In this document: in pieces, positions 35,561 through 45,941 of the stretch | Layout of the letters: each line of letters starts with the position of its first letter | Position numbering within the stretch: position 1 is the first letter of the stretch | DNA from: a virus | Taxonomy: Duplodnaviria; Caudoviricetes | Reading direction: 5' to 3' (one strand) | Length of the DNA: 64,000 nucleotides | IMG/VR virus record: IMGVR_UViG_3300010051_000019 | Location: 1,090 to 65,089 of that record | Notes under the pieces: model-generated | What the model saw: only the letters and a program-made list of their open reading frames with translations | Databases searched by the model: none | Told to the model about the DNA's origin: nothing | Program-made: the position numbers and the translations under genes

Positions 35561-38500
35561 ATGGATCAATTTTCTACTGACGAAGAGCAATCTGAACTAG
35601 ATAAACTACTAGCTTCCTATGAAGCTAATTCTACAACTTCTGATGATGAGGATTTTTCTCCTCTATCCACTAGATCCTACACAGACATTTTAGAGGATCT
35701 TAAAACTAACAATAAGAAATTGGATTATCAAACTCTACTAGAATACTCTGATTCAGTTCTACTTAATGTAGATGATCCAGCAGAAGCGTTTTCAGCTCTA
35801 TCAAAAGCCCATGAATTTGCCGATCACGATGCTACTGATGTGCGGGATACATTTTCTAACTTAGGTAAGAATTTTAAAATAGCTTACGATGTAGATATAC
35901 AAAATGATATTGAAAATCTATTACCTAAATTCAATATAAGAGACAATGATGATCCAGATCTCGAAGTTAGGTTAGCTAATATTGATCTATGGAAAAATAA
36001 AGCTCATGGGGATTTAGCATTAATGCTAGGACCTGCTTATAATATCCATAAAAAATCAATAGATGATATCATAGAAAAACGAGCAGAAGGTTTAGAGACG
36101 TTCCATAAAGCTGGGGATAAATATGGAGTAATCCTAAATCCAGAAACTGGGGAAGTTGAGTTTGGTAAAGGTAGTGATTACTTCGCTCGTTTTGCTGAAG
36201 AAGCTATAGCAAGTCCTTTAGAAGGATTAGATCCTATTTTAGGTACAGGTGGACTTGGGGAAAGTGTTCGTGATTGGATAGTAACTAACCCTAATAATGA
36301 CGAAGATATATCTGCTGGTGTTGTTACTGCTTTAGGCCAAGTTGGTGGATCAGCTATGGCAGGAGTATTACTTGCTGTAGGCGGCAAGGCAGCTCTTGTA
36401 AAAGCAGGAGTCTCAGCAGCAACTGCTGGAGTAGCGGCAGCAACTGCTGGAACTGCATTATCAGCAGCACTACCAGCAAGTAATGAACTTCAAAGTGTGT
36501 ATGACGAAGCATTAGATAGAACTAATGATAAGTTTGAAGCTACTAAAGCCACTGTATTAGCTCTTCCTGGAGTAGCAGTAGATTATGTAGTAGATTTTTT
36601 AATTTCTAAAACTCTTATAAAACCTTTTAGTAAGATGATGACTAAAGGGGAGAAATCTGAGGAAGTAGCAAAAGCACTGACTTCTCAATCAGCAAGCCTA
36701 ACAGATATCTCTGAAGCTAAGAAAGTACTTAAACAGATGCAGTCAGAATTAACTGAATCTGTTGATCCTAATATATTAAAGGCTGCTGGATTAGGCGCTG
36801 CTGGTAATGCTCTATCAGAGCCACTTACCTCCGTTAATTCTGCTGCTGCTGTAGGGTATGTAGATCCTAATAGCGATCCTATGACTGAGATAGGAGAAAG
36901 ACCATTAGGAACGGAAGCTCTTATAGGAGGTATAACTGGGGGTGTATTACCTGCTGGTGGTGGAGTAATAAGTAAATTTGGTAGAGGTAAAGAACGAGAA
37001 CTTTTGAGAGATATTCAGCAAGGAATAGCTAATCTCGATAAAGCTGAGGTTACGGAGATTGCTAGAGTCAGAGACGAACTAACTGCAAAAGGAGATGCGT
37101 ATTGGGCAGAGAAATTCTCTGAACTATCTCCTCCAGATGAAGGTGATACATTAGTACAATTAGAGCGAAAATTACTGGATGATACAACCTTAGATGCAGA
37201 AATGCGTCAAAATAAGGCTGACTTCCTAGATGTAGGTAATGGCCTAGCTCCTAGAGAAGAAGCTTTAAGTACGTTAGCTGATAGAATAGCAGAGACTAAT
37301 GAGCTTATTTCAAGAACAAATAACGTTAGGGAATTAGAATCAGTAAAGCAGGAGCTATCTCCACTATCTACTAAAGAAACGCTTTCCGTAGAAGAGCTTG
37401 CTAGAAGAGACGAGTTACGATCTCGATTAAGAGATATCCAAAAAAGAACTGTTATAGGTAAAAAAACTGTAGAGAAGGGGGAAGCTACTAATCCTAAGAC
37501 AGGTAAAAAAGATCCTATAAATCTAGCTAGACCTCTTAGTCAACTTACTCCTAGAGATATGCTAAATGAGATTGATTACATCAATCGACGTGAAGCTGAT
37601 TTAGCTTCTATGCCAGAAACTATGTACCCTCTTAAGAAGAGGAAAGAGGCTTTAGTTGATTTAATAGGAAGTAAACTACACCCAATAACTAATGCTATTA
37701 ATCCTAACCAGGATATAACTAAACTTTCTAATAAAGAAATGAAGGCAGAACTTTCTGCTCTTAATATAGCCAATAGAATAGGAACTATCTCTCCAGAACA
37801 TTTAGGGTATTTAACTAAGATAGCTGAAGATATAAAAGTTAGAGATAATGTACCTGCTGTAGATGTAAGTGTACCTGTCCAGTCCAGGAAAACTGATGAT
37901 CTCATAAAAGAAAAAGAGCAATTATACGCTCTACCTACAATGCCTGAATATCTAACAGCTAGAATTGACTCTGTAGATAAGGAACTATTAACTAGAGAAC
38001 AGGAAGCTAAATTTAATGAAGAGTTTACTGATTTAGAAGCTAAAGAAAAAGATGTAAAAAAGAATACATCTAAAAAAGAAGTAGCTAAACAAACTCCAGA
38101 AGAAACTCTTGATGATATAACTAATCTGGAAAGCTCTCCTATAGAACGTACTAAAGATCAGGAATCTAGGTTAGAAGAACTTAGGATTAAAAGGGTATAT
38201 GAGGATAAACTGCCTTACCCTACTAAGCTATATAAAGAAGGCGAGGCTATAGAAGGTGCTGGTGACGACGTTTATAGAAATGTAAATGAAATGACTGGAG
38301 CTGAAATAGCTTCATCTTTACGTACCTTAAACGCTATTAAGAATAAGCCCCTTGAAACTGATGCGTACATCAGAGATCTGGAGCAGCGTAAGAAAGACTT
38401 CGATACTAAAATTTCTAAAGTATATAGTGATCTATCTGGACCACAGAAAGAACTAGTTACAGGATATGATACCCTAGCAGAAGTTAAGGAAAAGATAGCT

Positions 38501-41500
38501 AATGAAGCTGATCCTGATAAGAAGAAATTACTTACTCAGATAGCTAATAAATTAGAAGGTAAGAAGCCAGAACCTGCAAAAAAAGAAGCCCCCACCCCTC
38601 CTAAAAAAGAGGCTAAAAAGAAACTGGCTAAGCCACTGCCTCCTCTTACCGATAGCATATCTGAGGATATAGATATTATACTAGGTAACGACACTATTGA
38701 TGTAGAAGAGGTGCTTGGAGATAAGCCTTCTAAAAAGACTGTAACTCTTAAAGAAGCTCCATTAGTTCCTGTAGATAAAACTACTAAGCACTCTGATAAA
38801 AAACTTACTCAGATGGCTAATAAGGTAAGGTATGATCTTACTAAAGGCAGAGTAAAGGATGTAGAGTCTGCAAAGAAATTTGTAGCATCTGTAGCTGATG
38901 TACTTAATACACGTAATAAAACTATTACAGATGCAGTATGGAAAAAGCTTACAGCTCCAGAAAAGGAGTTTCTACAAGATGCTTTTAGGGGGCAACCAGT
39001 TTCAGGTAAGGGGCTTAGTTATCAGGATGTAAACGTACTAAAATCTTTAGGTAAAGATCCTGAAGTAGTCGATAAAATCCTAACTAAGATAGAGACTGGT
39101 AAGTCTATAGTGCCTGAAGATACTATAGTAGGTGTAGATAAAAACCTTAACTACGACTTTTTTAAAGCTAAGAATAGAAATAGCTCTTCTAAAGCCAAAC
39201 GAATTAAATCTTTACCAGAAAGAGCACCTGTAAGTATGACTACAGAAGCTCCTCTTGTACCTCATCCTAGAAGTAATATTGACTTCTTAATGGAGCTAAA
39301 TAGTGAAGAAGCAGATGCATATAACGAATTAAAAAAGAAGTACCCTAAAATAATTTTAGAGCCAGATCCTAAAGCTACTAAAAGTGATACTCCATTTAGG
39401 CTTAGTACTAGAGATATAATTAAAGAGTTAAACAAATTAACTAAGTCTGATTTTAGATGGATGAAGCTATCTAAGGATGGATCTATATATGGTAAATATA
39501 GAGGTATATATAATCAGATAATAACTAATGTACCTAATGATTTAGATACTGCCGGTCACGAGATAGCCCACGGGCTATCCCATAAATACGGCATTGTAGA
39601 TGAATGGGTAAATACTGATATTTATGACGCAGAGCTAGAGCAGTTTTGGGGACATGGTACTGCTACACTTAACCCAGTTATAAAAAGAGCAGAAGGTGTA
39701 GCTGAATACTTCAGGGCTTATTTCCATGATCCTGTAAAAGTCAAGAAGATGGCTCCTAAGTACACTGCTTATATACAAGGAAAACTTCCTGCCGATGTTC
39801 TATCTCAGTTAGATAATATACACGGACTATATAAACAATTCATAAATCAATTTGTATCATCTCCAGGACAAGCTACTAAGAATAATATTGGTAGTCTAGT
39901 TACTTATTTTAATGATGCTACAAGTTGGTTATCTAAAATAACTGGATCTAATCTTAATTCAAAGGGCTTATCGTTACTAACTAAATTAAGTTCTATATTT
40001 GATCCTACTGCTGTAATGAGGTTCTACCAAAACTCCTTAGTAGCTAAAGGTGCTTTTACAGCAGAGCAAGTAGAATACAATAAATTAGATGACCCTAAAT
40101 TCCATTTCATGAATCTACAAAGATTCACTAATTTATATTCAGGTATGCTTTCTGAAGGCATAATGGATATGAATAATGTAGTAGCAGATCCTAATTCTTT
40201 ATATGGCTATAGTCCAAAAATGCTTTATAAAGGAGGTATAGGTACTCTATTAGATAGAGCTGCTGACGTTAATATGTCTATACCAGCTTACCAGCAAGAG
40301 GTAGATGCTATTGGTGTATCCTTACGTGTAGAAAGTAAGGGTGCTCCTATGGTGGAGAGAGCTACTAATTTAAGCTTAAATCCAAACTCCCCTGAAGCAG
40401 AGATAAAATTAGCAGAACTTAACAAAAGAAAAGCAGAGCTTAATAAAGAAATCAGTGAATATAAGAAAGCTGGAGAAAATACTCCTAGCTCTATATTAAA
40501 AGAGATAGGAGAAGTTAAGGCAGCTATAAACGATATTAAAGCTGATCCTAATGATCCAGCAGTAAAAGCTGATATAGATTCAATTCTCCTTAAATTAAGC
40601 AGATTATCTGGTGTTACTGGAGCTTTAGAATTAAAGACAGTAAACGATTATGTAGTAGCTCTAAATACTCTAGCTGAGTTTAAGGCTAAACCAGAAGCAT
40701 ATCAAGAAGCTATAATGGACGGAGTAGAGAAGCACCGTAAATGGGCTACTGCTATACTAGAACTGGCTGTATCAAACGGACTTAAATCTAAAGACTGGCT
40801 GAACTCAGTACTAGAAAATAACGAAGAATATTATGCAATGGGGAGGGTTATTGATGACTCATTGTATGCAGAGAGCACTGCTGTATCTACTGATTCTACT
40901 ATGCGTTTTAAAGGTAGTACTAGAGAAATAATTCCTGGTACTTTAACTTTGATGGAAAATGCTTCTAGGGTTCTTAGAGCTGTATATATAAATAAAGCTA
41001 AAGAAGCAGCGATTAAGATGATTGATCCTAACGTAGTAGGAGATAATCTATTACGTGCTCAAATTAAGAAAGAAAGAGCAGTTAGTGGTTTACCTCCTCT
41101 TAGTGAATCAGAACTTGATGCAGCAGTAAGTAAATCTAAAGGTTCCAGTATATTCGGGAATGTTTTAGAAGGACTAGCTGGTATGGGATTCAAGCTAGAT
41201 AGTAAGCCATTAGAAGGAGCTGATTCTGAAAACGTAATTACAGTATTCAAAAACGGTACTCCAGAATATTGGAAAATACCTGATCCTGATTTTTATAAAG
41301 CAGTCACTGCGTATAAACAGGACTATTCAGCTAAAAGAATACCTATACTAAGTGCTGCTAACCAACTATTTAAGAAGAGTGTTACTGGTGTAGTACCCTT
41401 TGCTGCTGGTCAGTTTAGTAGTGATGCTATAGATAGAATGATTACATCTAAAGATACGTTAGGTACTTTAACAGGTACTGCTTTAGCAGTTAAACAAACT

Positions 41501-42907
41501 TTGGCTAACAAAGGTAAAGTAGATTTAGATCTACTTAAATTATATCATGGGGATCAAAGAGGCTCTCAGTATGCTAACGAAGGTAATCATAGTGCTACCT
41601 TACTCCAAGTTCTACGGGAAGAAGAAATTCTAACTGATACAGTATTCTGGAATGCTAAATTACTAGGTACATTTAATAAATATAATTTTGTATACAATCC
41701 TAAATTCACCACTGCTGTAGAAGTAATGGGAAGACAGGCTGGATTTAATACAGCTTATAAAGATGCTCTTAAACATAACACTGATCCAATGCAAGCACTG
41801 GCATACGCTGCATACCAAGCTCAAGACCAGGCTAACTTTGCTAATGTTCCTGTATGGGTAAAACAGTTAGATAGCACTATATTCCCGTTCTTCTCTGCCG
41901 GGGTATCTATGATGACAAGTCACTCCAGATCTATAGTAAAGGACCCATTAAAGTACGCAATAAATTATGCTGTTCTAGGAACTCTAATGGCTGTAGCAGA
42001 AAGATCTGCGGCTATCTTAGGTGACTATGAAGAGGAATTAGATCAATCTCCTAATTACCTAAAAGGCTTATATAGTACAGTTAAGATAGGAGACGATAGC
42101 TGGTTAAGAATTAAGCTGAGCCATCAATTAGGTTTCTTTACGTCCTTAGTGCATAGGATGATGATGGACGATAATCGAGGCACAAAAGATGTGTACGATG
42201 GACTATTTAATAATTTCCTTAACTCATTTATGCCATTAGATATAAGTGGCGGAGGAGGTACAATTGGAGCTTTAGCACAGATATTAGATAATAAAATTAG
42301 ATTTAGAAACTCTTCAATAGTACCTGAGTATGAAGAAAAAGTAAGTTTAAAAGATAGAAGGCCGCCAGAAAATACCTCTACTTTTGCTAAATTCTTACAT
42401 AAATCTTTTATTGATTTAGGTATGGGGGATCTATCCTCTATAAGAACTTTTGGGGATGCTCGTAAGATAGATGCTCTTATACAGATGCAATTTGGGTCTG
42501 CTGCTTCTCTAATAATAAATTCCACCGATTTACTTAATGCAGATAAAAGAGCAAATTATATAAAGAAAGTTAGTGGGATAAATATAAGGTCATTCGCTAG
42601 TAATACTCCTGACTATGAGTACATAACTAACTATATAGATCTAAAAGGCGGGGCAGGGTATAATAGTAAAGAGTTTCAAGCGATACGAGCTATACAACAA
42701 AACTATTGGAATGCTACTTCCCCATTAGAGGCCGAACAGTATGCGAAAGAATTTCAAGAAGCTACCTCTGCCTACAGGAAGAAAATCGAGGACTTGGGGG
42801 AGTCTGCTGTATTCTCTCCTCGCACACTTAAAAGCAGGGCTAAAAAAGCTAAAGAGCGAGGTGAAGTACTGGAAGAATTTCCTTCTATAATGGATATATT
42901 TAAATGA
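35561..42907 (+). CDS. Large polyvalent internal virion protein (zincin-like motif, LPD38-like C-terminus)
   Basis: 2448 aa; AGHEIAHGL...RAEGVAEYF metallopeptidase-type motif; C-terminal RIKL..QLG...SFMP...N.....IVP...TS..AK....IDALI...FG resembles LPD38. Confidence 0.7.
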   Translation: MDQFSTDEEQSELDKLLASYEANSTTSDDEDFSPLSTRSYTDILEDLKTNNKKLDYQTLLEYSDSVLLNVDDPAEAFSALSKAHEFADHDATDVRDTFSNLGKNFKIAYDVDIQNDIENLLPKFNIRDNDDPDLEVRLANIDLWKNKAHGDLALMLGPAYNIHKKSIDDIIEKRAEGLETFHKAGDKYGVILNPETGEVEFGKGSDYFARFAEEAIASPLEGLDPILGTGGLGESVRDWIVTNPNNDEDISAGVVTALGQVGGSAMAGVLLAVGGKAALVKAGVSAATAGVAAATAGTALSAALPASNELQSVYDEALDRTNDKFEATKATVLALPGVAVDYVVDFLISKTLIKPFSKMMTKGEKSEEVAKALTSQSASLTDISEAKKVLKQMQSELTESVDPNILKAAGLGAAGNALSEPLTSVNSAAAVGYVDPNSDPMTEIGERPLGTEALIGGITGGVLPAGGGVISKFGRGKERELLRDIQQGIANLDKAEVTEIARVRDELTAKGDAYWAEKFSELSPPDEGDTLVQLERKLLDDTTLDAEMRQNKADFLDVGNGLAPREEALSTLADRIAETNELISRTNNVRELESVKQELSPLSTKETLSVEELARRDELRSRLRDIQKRTVIGKKTVEKGEATNPKTGKKDPINLARPLSQLTPRDMLNEIDYINRREADLASMPETMYPLKKRKEALVDLIGSKLHPITNAINPNQDITKLSNKEMKAELSALNIANRIGTISPEHLGYLTKIAEDIKVRDNVPAVDVSVPVQSRKTDDLIKEKEQLYALPTMPEYLTARIDSVDKELLTREQEAKFNEEFTDLEAKEKDVKKNTSKKEVAKQTPEETLDDITNLESSPIERTKDQESRLEELRIKRVYEDKLPYPTKLYKEGEAIEGAGDDVYRNVNEMTGAEIASSLRTLNAIKNKPLETDAYIRDLEQRKKDFDTKISKVYSDLSGPQKELVTGYDTLAEVKEKIANEADPDKKKLLTQIANKLEGKKPEPAKKEAPTPPKKEAKKKLAKPLPPLTDSISEDIDIILGNDTIDVEEVLGDKPSKKTVTLKEAPLVPVDKTTKHSDKKLTQMANKVRYDLTKGRVKDVESAKKFVASVADVLNTRNKTITDAVWKKLTAPEKEFLQDAFRGQPVSGKGLSYQDVNVLKSLGKDPEVVDKILTKIETGKSIVPEDTIVGVDKNLNYDFFKAKNRNSSSKAKRIKSLPERAPVSMTTEAPLVPHPRSNIDFLMELNSEEADAYNELKKKYPKIILEPDPKATKSDTPFRLSTRDIIKELNKLTKSDFRWMKLSKDGSIYGKYRGIYNQIITNVPNDLDTAGHEIAHGLSHKYGIVDEWVNTDIYDAELEQFWGHGTATLNPVIKRAEGVAEYFRAYFHDPVKVKKMAPKYTAYIQGKLPADVLSQLDNIHGLYKQFINQFVSSPGQATKNNIGSLVTYFNDATSWLSKITGSNLNSKGLSLLTKLSSIFDPTAVMRFYQNSLVAKGAFTAEQVEYNKLDDPKFHFMNLQRFTNLYSGMLSEGIMDMNNVVADPNSLYGYSPKMLYKGGIGTLLDRAADVNMSIPAYQQEVDAIGVSLRVESKGAPMVERATNLSLNPNSPEAEIKLAELNKRKAELNKEISEYKKAGENTPSSILKEIGEVKAAINDIKADPNDPAVKADIDSILLKLSRLSGVTGALELKTVNDYVVALNTLAEFKAKPEAYQEAIMDGVEKHRKWATAILELAVSNGLKSKDWLNSVLENNEEYYAMGRVIDDSLYAESTAVSTDSTMRFKGSTREIIPGTLTLMENASRVLRAVYINKAKEAAIKMIDPNVVGDNLLRAQIKKERAVSGLPPLSESELDAAVSKSKGSSIFGNVLEGLAGMGFKLDSKPLEGADSENVITVFKNGTPEYWKIPDPDFYKAVTAYKQDYSAKRIPILSAANQLFKKSVTGVVPFAAGQFSSDAIDRMITSKDTLGTLTGTALAVKQTLANKGKVDLDLLKLYHGDQRGSQYANEGNHSATLLQVLREEEILTDTVFWNAKLLGTFNKYNFVYNPKFTTAVEVMGRQAGFNTAYKDALKHNTDPMQALAYAAYQAQDQANFANVPVWVKQLDSTIFPFFSAGVSMMTSHSRSIVKDPLKYAINYAVLGTLMAVAERSAAILGDYEEELDQSPNYLKGLYSTVKIGDDSWLRIKLSHQLGFFTSLVHRMMMDDNRGTKDVYDGLFNNFLNSFMPLDISGGGGTIGALAQILDNKIRFRNSSIVPEYEEKVSLKDRRPPENTSTFAKFLHKSFIDLGMGDLSSIRTFGDARKIDALIQMQFGSAASLIINSTDLLNADKRANYIKKVSGINIRSFASNTPDYEYITNYIDLKGGAGYNSKEFQAIRAIQQNYWNATSPLEAEQYAKEFQEATSAYRKKIEDLGESAVFSPRTLKSRAKKAKERGEVLEEFPSIMDIFK

Positions 42908-43383
42908 GAGTAACTGAAGCTGAATTGAAGGAATGGGGATTCGTAGAAGTTTCTCCTAGACGGTATAAGAAGCTTAGTAAGGAAGAGCAGCAAGAAAAAG
43001 AATCTAAGAAGTCGTTAGTTTATGGCAATGTAAAAAGAGTTACAGCTACTATAGCTGGTAAAGAATATACTTTCAGAAGTGAGTGGGAATATCACTATGC
43101 TCTGTACTGTCAATTCTTAATGGATAATGCATCTATATCTCATTGGGAGTACGAACCTTTTAGATTTATTTTTGATAAAATACAGAGAGGAACTAACTCT
43201 TACCTACCTGATTTTAAAATTCATGAATTAGATGGAACTCATTGGTGGGCAGAAGTAAAGGGTCACATGAGTAAGGTAGGGGCCACCAAGTTAAAGAGAA
43301 TGGCTAAATACTATCCAAAAGAGATAATTAGATTAGTTAGGAAAGAGGATATAGCAGAGATAAGAAGGAAACTAGGTTTATGA
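42904..43383 (+). CDS. PD-(D/E)xK endonuclease (DUF1064/TnsA-like)
   Basis: FRSEWE...WEYEP...YLPDF...EVKG. Confidence 0.8.
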   Translation: MRVTEAELKEWGFVEVSPRRYKKLSKEEQQEKESKKSLVYGNVKRVTATIAGKEYTFRSEWEYHYALYCQFLMDNASISHWEYEPFRFIFDKIQRGTNSYLPDFKIHELDGTHWWAEVKGHMSKVGATKLKRMAKYYPKEIIRLVRKEDIAEIRRKLGL

Positions 43384-44282
43384 TTACAGTACCTAAATAC
43401 ACCGTTCATAGTGAATTATCAGCTAGTGAAGTAGTGGGTTTATCTGAATCATCTGGGTGGGCTGGAGCATTAATGCGTATACCTGAATGGTGGGCTAAGA
43501 CTCAAGGGGAAGGTATAAGAGTAGCTGTACTCGATACTGGCTGTGATTTAGATCATCCAGATCTAAAGGGAGCAATAGCTGCAAGTAAATCTTTTATTCC
43601 TGGAGAAACTGTAGAAGATGAAAATAATCATGGGACTGCTTGTGCTGGGATTATAGGAGCCAGGTACGATAAGAAAGGTATCATAGGGATAGCTCCTAAA
43701 AGTAATATTATAGTGGGGAAGGTGCTCTCTAATAGAGGCTCCGGTAGTATGCAAGCCCTCACTAACGGGATTAATTGGGCTGTAGAACAGAAGGCAGACA
43801 TCATTTCCATGAGTCTAGGAGCTGAGGCAGATGACTCTGATGTATTTAAAGCGGTTCATGAAGCTTTAGCAAAAGGAGTTATTGTAGTAGCTGCTGCTGG
43901 GAATAGTGGGGCATACGGCTCTAATACAGTAGGGTATCCTGCAAGGTATGGATCAGTAATAAGTATAGGATCTCACGATACTAACGGAAATGTTTCTGGT
44001 TTTAGTAGTCGTGGAGGAGATGTAGATTTTATAGCTCCTGGGGAGGATATAATCTCTACTGGGAAAAAGGGGAGTTACGTAAGATTAAGTGGTACTAGTT
44101 TTGCCACTCCTATTGTGGCTGGTATCTGTGCTCTTATACTCAGTAAAGATAAGAGACAAGGTAGTAGCACTCCTATCAGAAACAATATGGATATGCTGAA
44201 TCACTTAACTAGAATAGCCTCTCACCCAGGATATTATGATCCAGCGAGAGGCTATGGGGTATTACTACCTTTTAACTACTAG
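43380..44282 (+). CDS. Subtilisin-family (S8) serine protease
   Basis: Complete triad: VLDTG, HGTACAG, AAAGN (oxyanion), GTSFATP. Confidence 0.95.
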   Translation: MITVPKYTVHSELSASEVVGLSESSGWAGALMRIPEWWAKTQGEGIRVAVLDTGCDLDHPDLKGAIAASKSFIPGETVEDENNHGTACAGIIGARYDKKGIIGIAPKSNIIVGKVLSNRGSGSMQALTNGINWAVEQKADIISMSLGAEADDSDVFKAVHEALAKGVIVVAAAGNSGAYGSNTVGYPARYGSVISIGSHDTNGNVSGFSSRGGDVDFIAPGEDIISTGKKGSYVRLSGTSFATPIVAGICALILSKDKRQGSSTPIRNNMDMLNHLTRIASHPGYYDPARGYGVLLPFNY

Positions 44283-44401
44283 TACATCTCTTTTTTAGCA
44301 GCTTTCTTTTTTGAAGCTGCTTTCTTTTTAGCAGGAGCTTTTTTCTTAGCTGCCTTCTTTTTACTCATCTTAACTTTATCCATAGCCTTATCTACCATCA
44401 T
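44279..44401 (-). CDS. Tiny Lys/Ala-rich histone-H1-like peptide (not in ORF track)
   Basis: Hand translation MMVDKAMDKVKMSKKKAAKKKAPAKKKAASKKKAAKKEMY; starts 3 nt after the 44404 stop. Confidence 0.7.
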   Translation of the reverse strand: MMVDKAMDKVKMSKKKAAKKKAPAKKKAASKKKAAKKEMY

Positions 44402-44403
44402 AA

Positions 44404-44991
44404 CTAATCCTCTCTATTACTAGGGTTTCTTACAGTCCTACACTCTTTAACACCGTCCACAGTGTAGCGCACATATATAGGCCCAGCACCATAATTAGGT
44501 CCAGTCCTATCTGTACAGAAAGTAGGTCGGTTAGGATTAGAATTGGACCTGAAAAAGCCATCCCCAATCTGATTAAAATTAACATCAAGTACTTCTATTT
44601 TTGTACCAGGATTACCTACCTTACCGCTATAGCTAGGAGGCAGAAGAAATACTGCTCTGTTTGCACAAGAAGCTGTAGGATCTCCAAAAGGTTTCCATAA
44701 AGCTGCATTAGCTCCGTCAAAGAAGTCACCTGCATCAATACAAGGGGGAGGATTTCCGTTAGCTTCCTCGATACACATGTTGAGACTCTTCTCTAGATCC
44801 TGAGATTTAACTACGTGCTGCCAAGCTTCCAGCCACTTTGCGTAGAAGTGCTCTTTAAAAGTACGTACAGGGAAACGATCATTGTCTGGAGCGTCCAGGA
44901 AGTAATATTCAGATCTAGGTACTGTTACTGTATCCTCTTGGGCGTGAAGTACAGTTGGTAAAAGGGCCATAATCAGTAGTGCATATTTCAT
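44404..44991 (-). CDS. Secreted protein; C-terminal domain homologous to N-terminus of 30735
   Basis: Signal MKYALLIMALLPTVLHA-Q; see alignment in findings. Confidence 0.75.
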   Translation of the reverse strand: MKYALLIMALLPTVLHAQEDTVTVPRSEYYFLDAPDNDRFPVRTFKEHFYAKWLEAWQHVVKSQDLEKSLNMCIEEANGNPPPCIDAGDFFDGANAALWKPFGDPTASCANRAVFLLPPSYSGKVGNPGTKIEVLDVNFNQIGDGFFRSNSNPNRPTFCTDRTGPNYGAGPIYVRYTVDGVKECRTVRNPSNRED

Positions 44992-45024
44992 AGCTTTCTC
45001 CTTATTAATTATGACCCCATTATA

Positions 45025-45630
45025 CTATCTTTTAACTGTTCTAATCCAGCTTAAAGTTTCCTTACATAGACCTACATGATGAACAGCCTGGTTTACACTC
45101 ATTATCCCAGCCTCGAAGTGAGCTATATAATCCTCTCTTCGTGGAGGAGTATTAAAACCTACCTGCTCTACGATATTGAATGGGACCCAGTATTCTCTGA
45201 TAACCATTACCAATTCATATAGAGGGTGGCATGGTTGATCTAGCATACACCTCTGCCCCAGCCTTCGTAAATTCTCATTAATTTCCCCTACACAACCAGC
45301 GTATTCTCTCTGAGCTTTCATCAAAATCTCAAAAGACATCCACCAATGCTCTGCTGCTAGTCCTGCTGTAGGGATATCAATAGGAGCACTACCTGGAGCG
45401 AACTGAGATCTCTGAAGAGCAGGAGCTGTGTAGTCTCTCTTCAATCGCCCAAACTTAGTTATATAAGGTTCAGTTACCGGCTGCCCATTAACATCAGTAT
45501 AGGTAAACCATGTCTGCCTATTCTGAAATTCATCTGTAATTAATGACCGTAAATCCTGAGCTTCTACATCAATACAGCACACAAGAACTAATCCAGCCGC
45601 TATCATCCAATCTATTATTAACTGTTTCAT
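45025..45630 (-). CDS. Secreted-type hypothetical protein
   Basis: Likely start MKQLIIDW at 45630 (AAGGA RBS), signal ending VEA-QD; four Cys. Confidence 0.65.
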   Translation of the reverse strand: MKQLIIDWMIAAGLVLVCCIDVEAQDLRSLITDEFQNRQTWFTYTDVNGQPVTEPYITKFGRLKRDYTAPALQRSQFAPGSAPIDIPTAGLAAEHWWMSFEILMKAQREYAGCVGEINENLRRLGQRCMLDQPCHPLYELVMVIREYWVPFNIVEQVGFNTPPRREDYIAHFEAGIMSVNQAVHHVGLCKETLSWIRTVKR

Positions 45631-45640
45631 ATTTTCCTTT

Positions 45641-45787
45641 TTAATCCTGACATACCCAATACCATTTACAATTTTTACCATTCTCATCACAGATACATGT
45701 AGCTATTGGCTTATCACATATAAGAGGTGATAGTGGTTTAAACATGCAAGCACCTGATAACACTACCATCCAAGTTAGCTTCTTCAT
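45641..45787 (-). CDS. 48-aa Cys-rich exported peptide
   Basis: MKKLTWMVVLSGACMFKPLSPLICDKPIATCICDENGKNCKWYWVCQD, 6 Cys; TAATG-coupled start. Confidence 0.6.
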   Translation of the reverse strand: MKKLTWMVVLSGACMFKPLSPLICDKPIATCICDENGKNCKWYWVCQD

Positions 45788-45918
45788 TAATCTACCTCTT
45801 CCGTATAAACTTCTACAGGAGGCTCGCAATTAGCTTCGATAAATCCTTGCTTAAAACCTAGTCTGTAACACTCTTCTCTAGTCATCTCTTTAATTATTTC
45901 TGGTATCTTTATTTCCAT
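45787..45918 (-). CDS. 43-aa hypothetical protein (not in ORF track)
   Basis: MEIKIPEIIKEMTREECYRLGFKQGFIEANCEPPVEVYTEEVD; GAGGAG RBS. Confidence 0.6.
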   Translation of the reverse strand: MEIKIPEIIKEMTREECYRLGFKQGFIEANCEPPVEVYTEEVD

Positions 45919-45941
45919 GTTTTCTCCTCTTATTAATAAAT

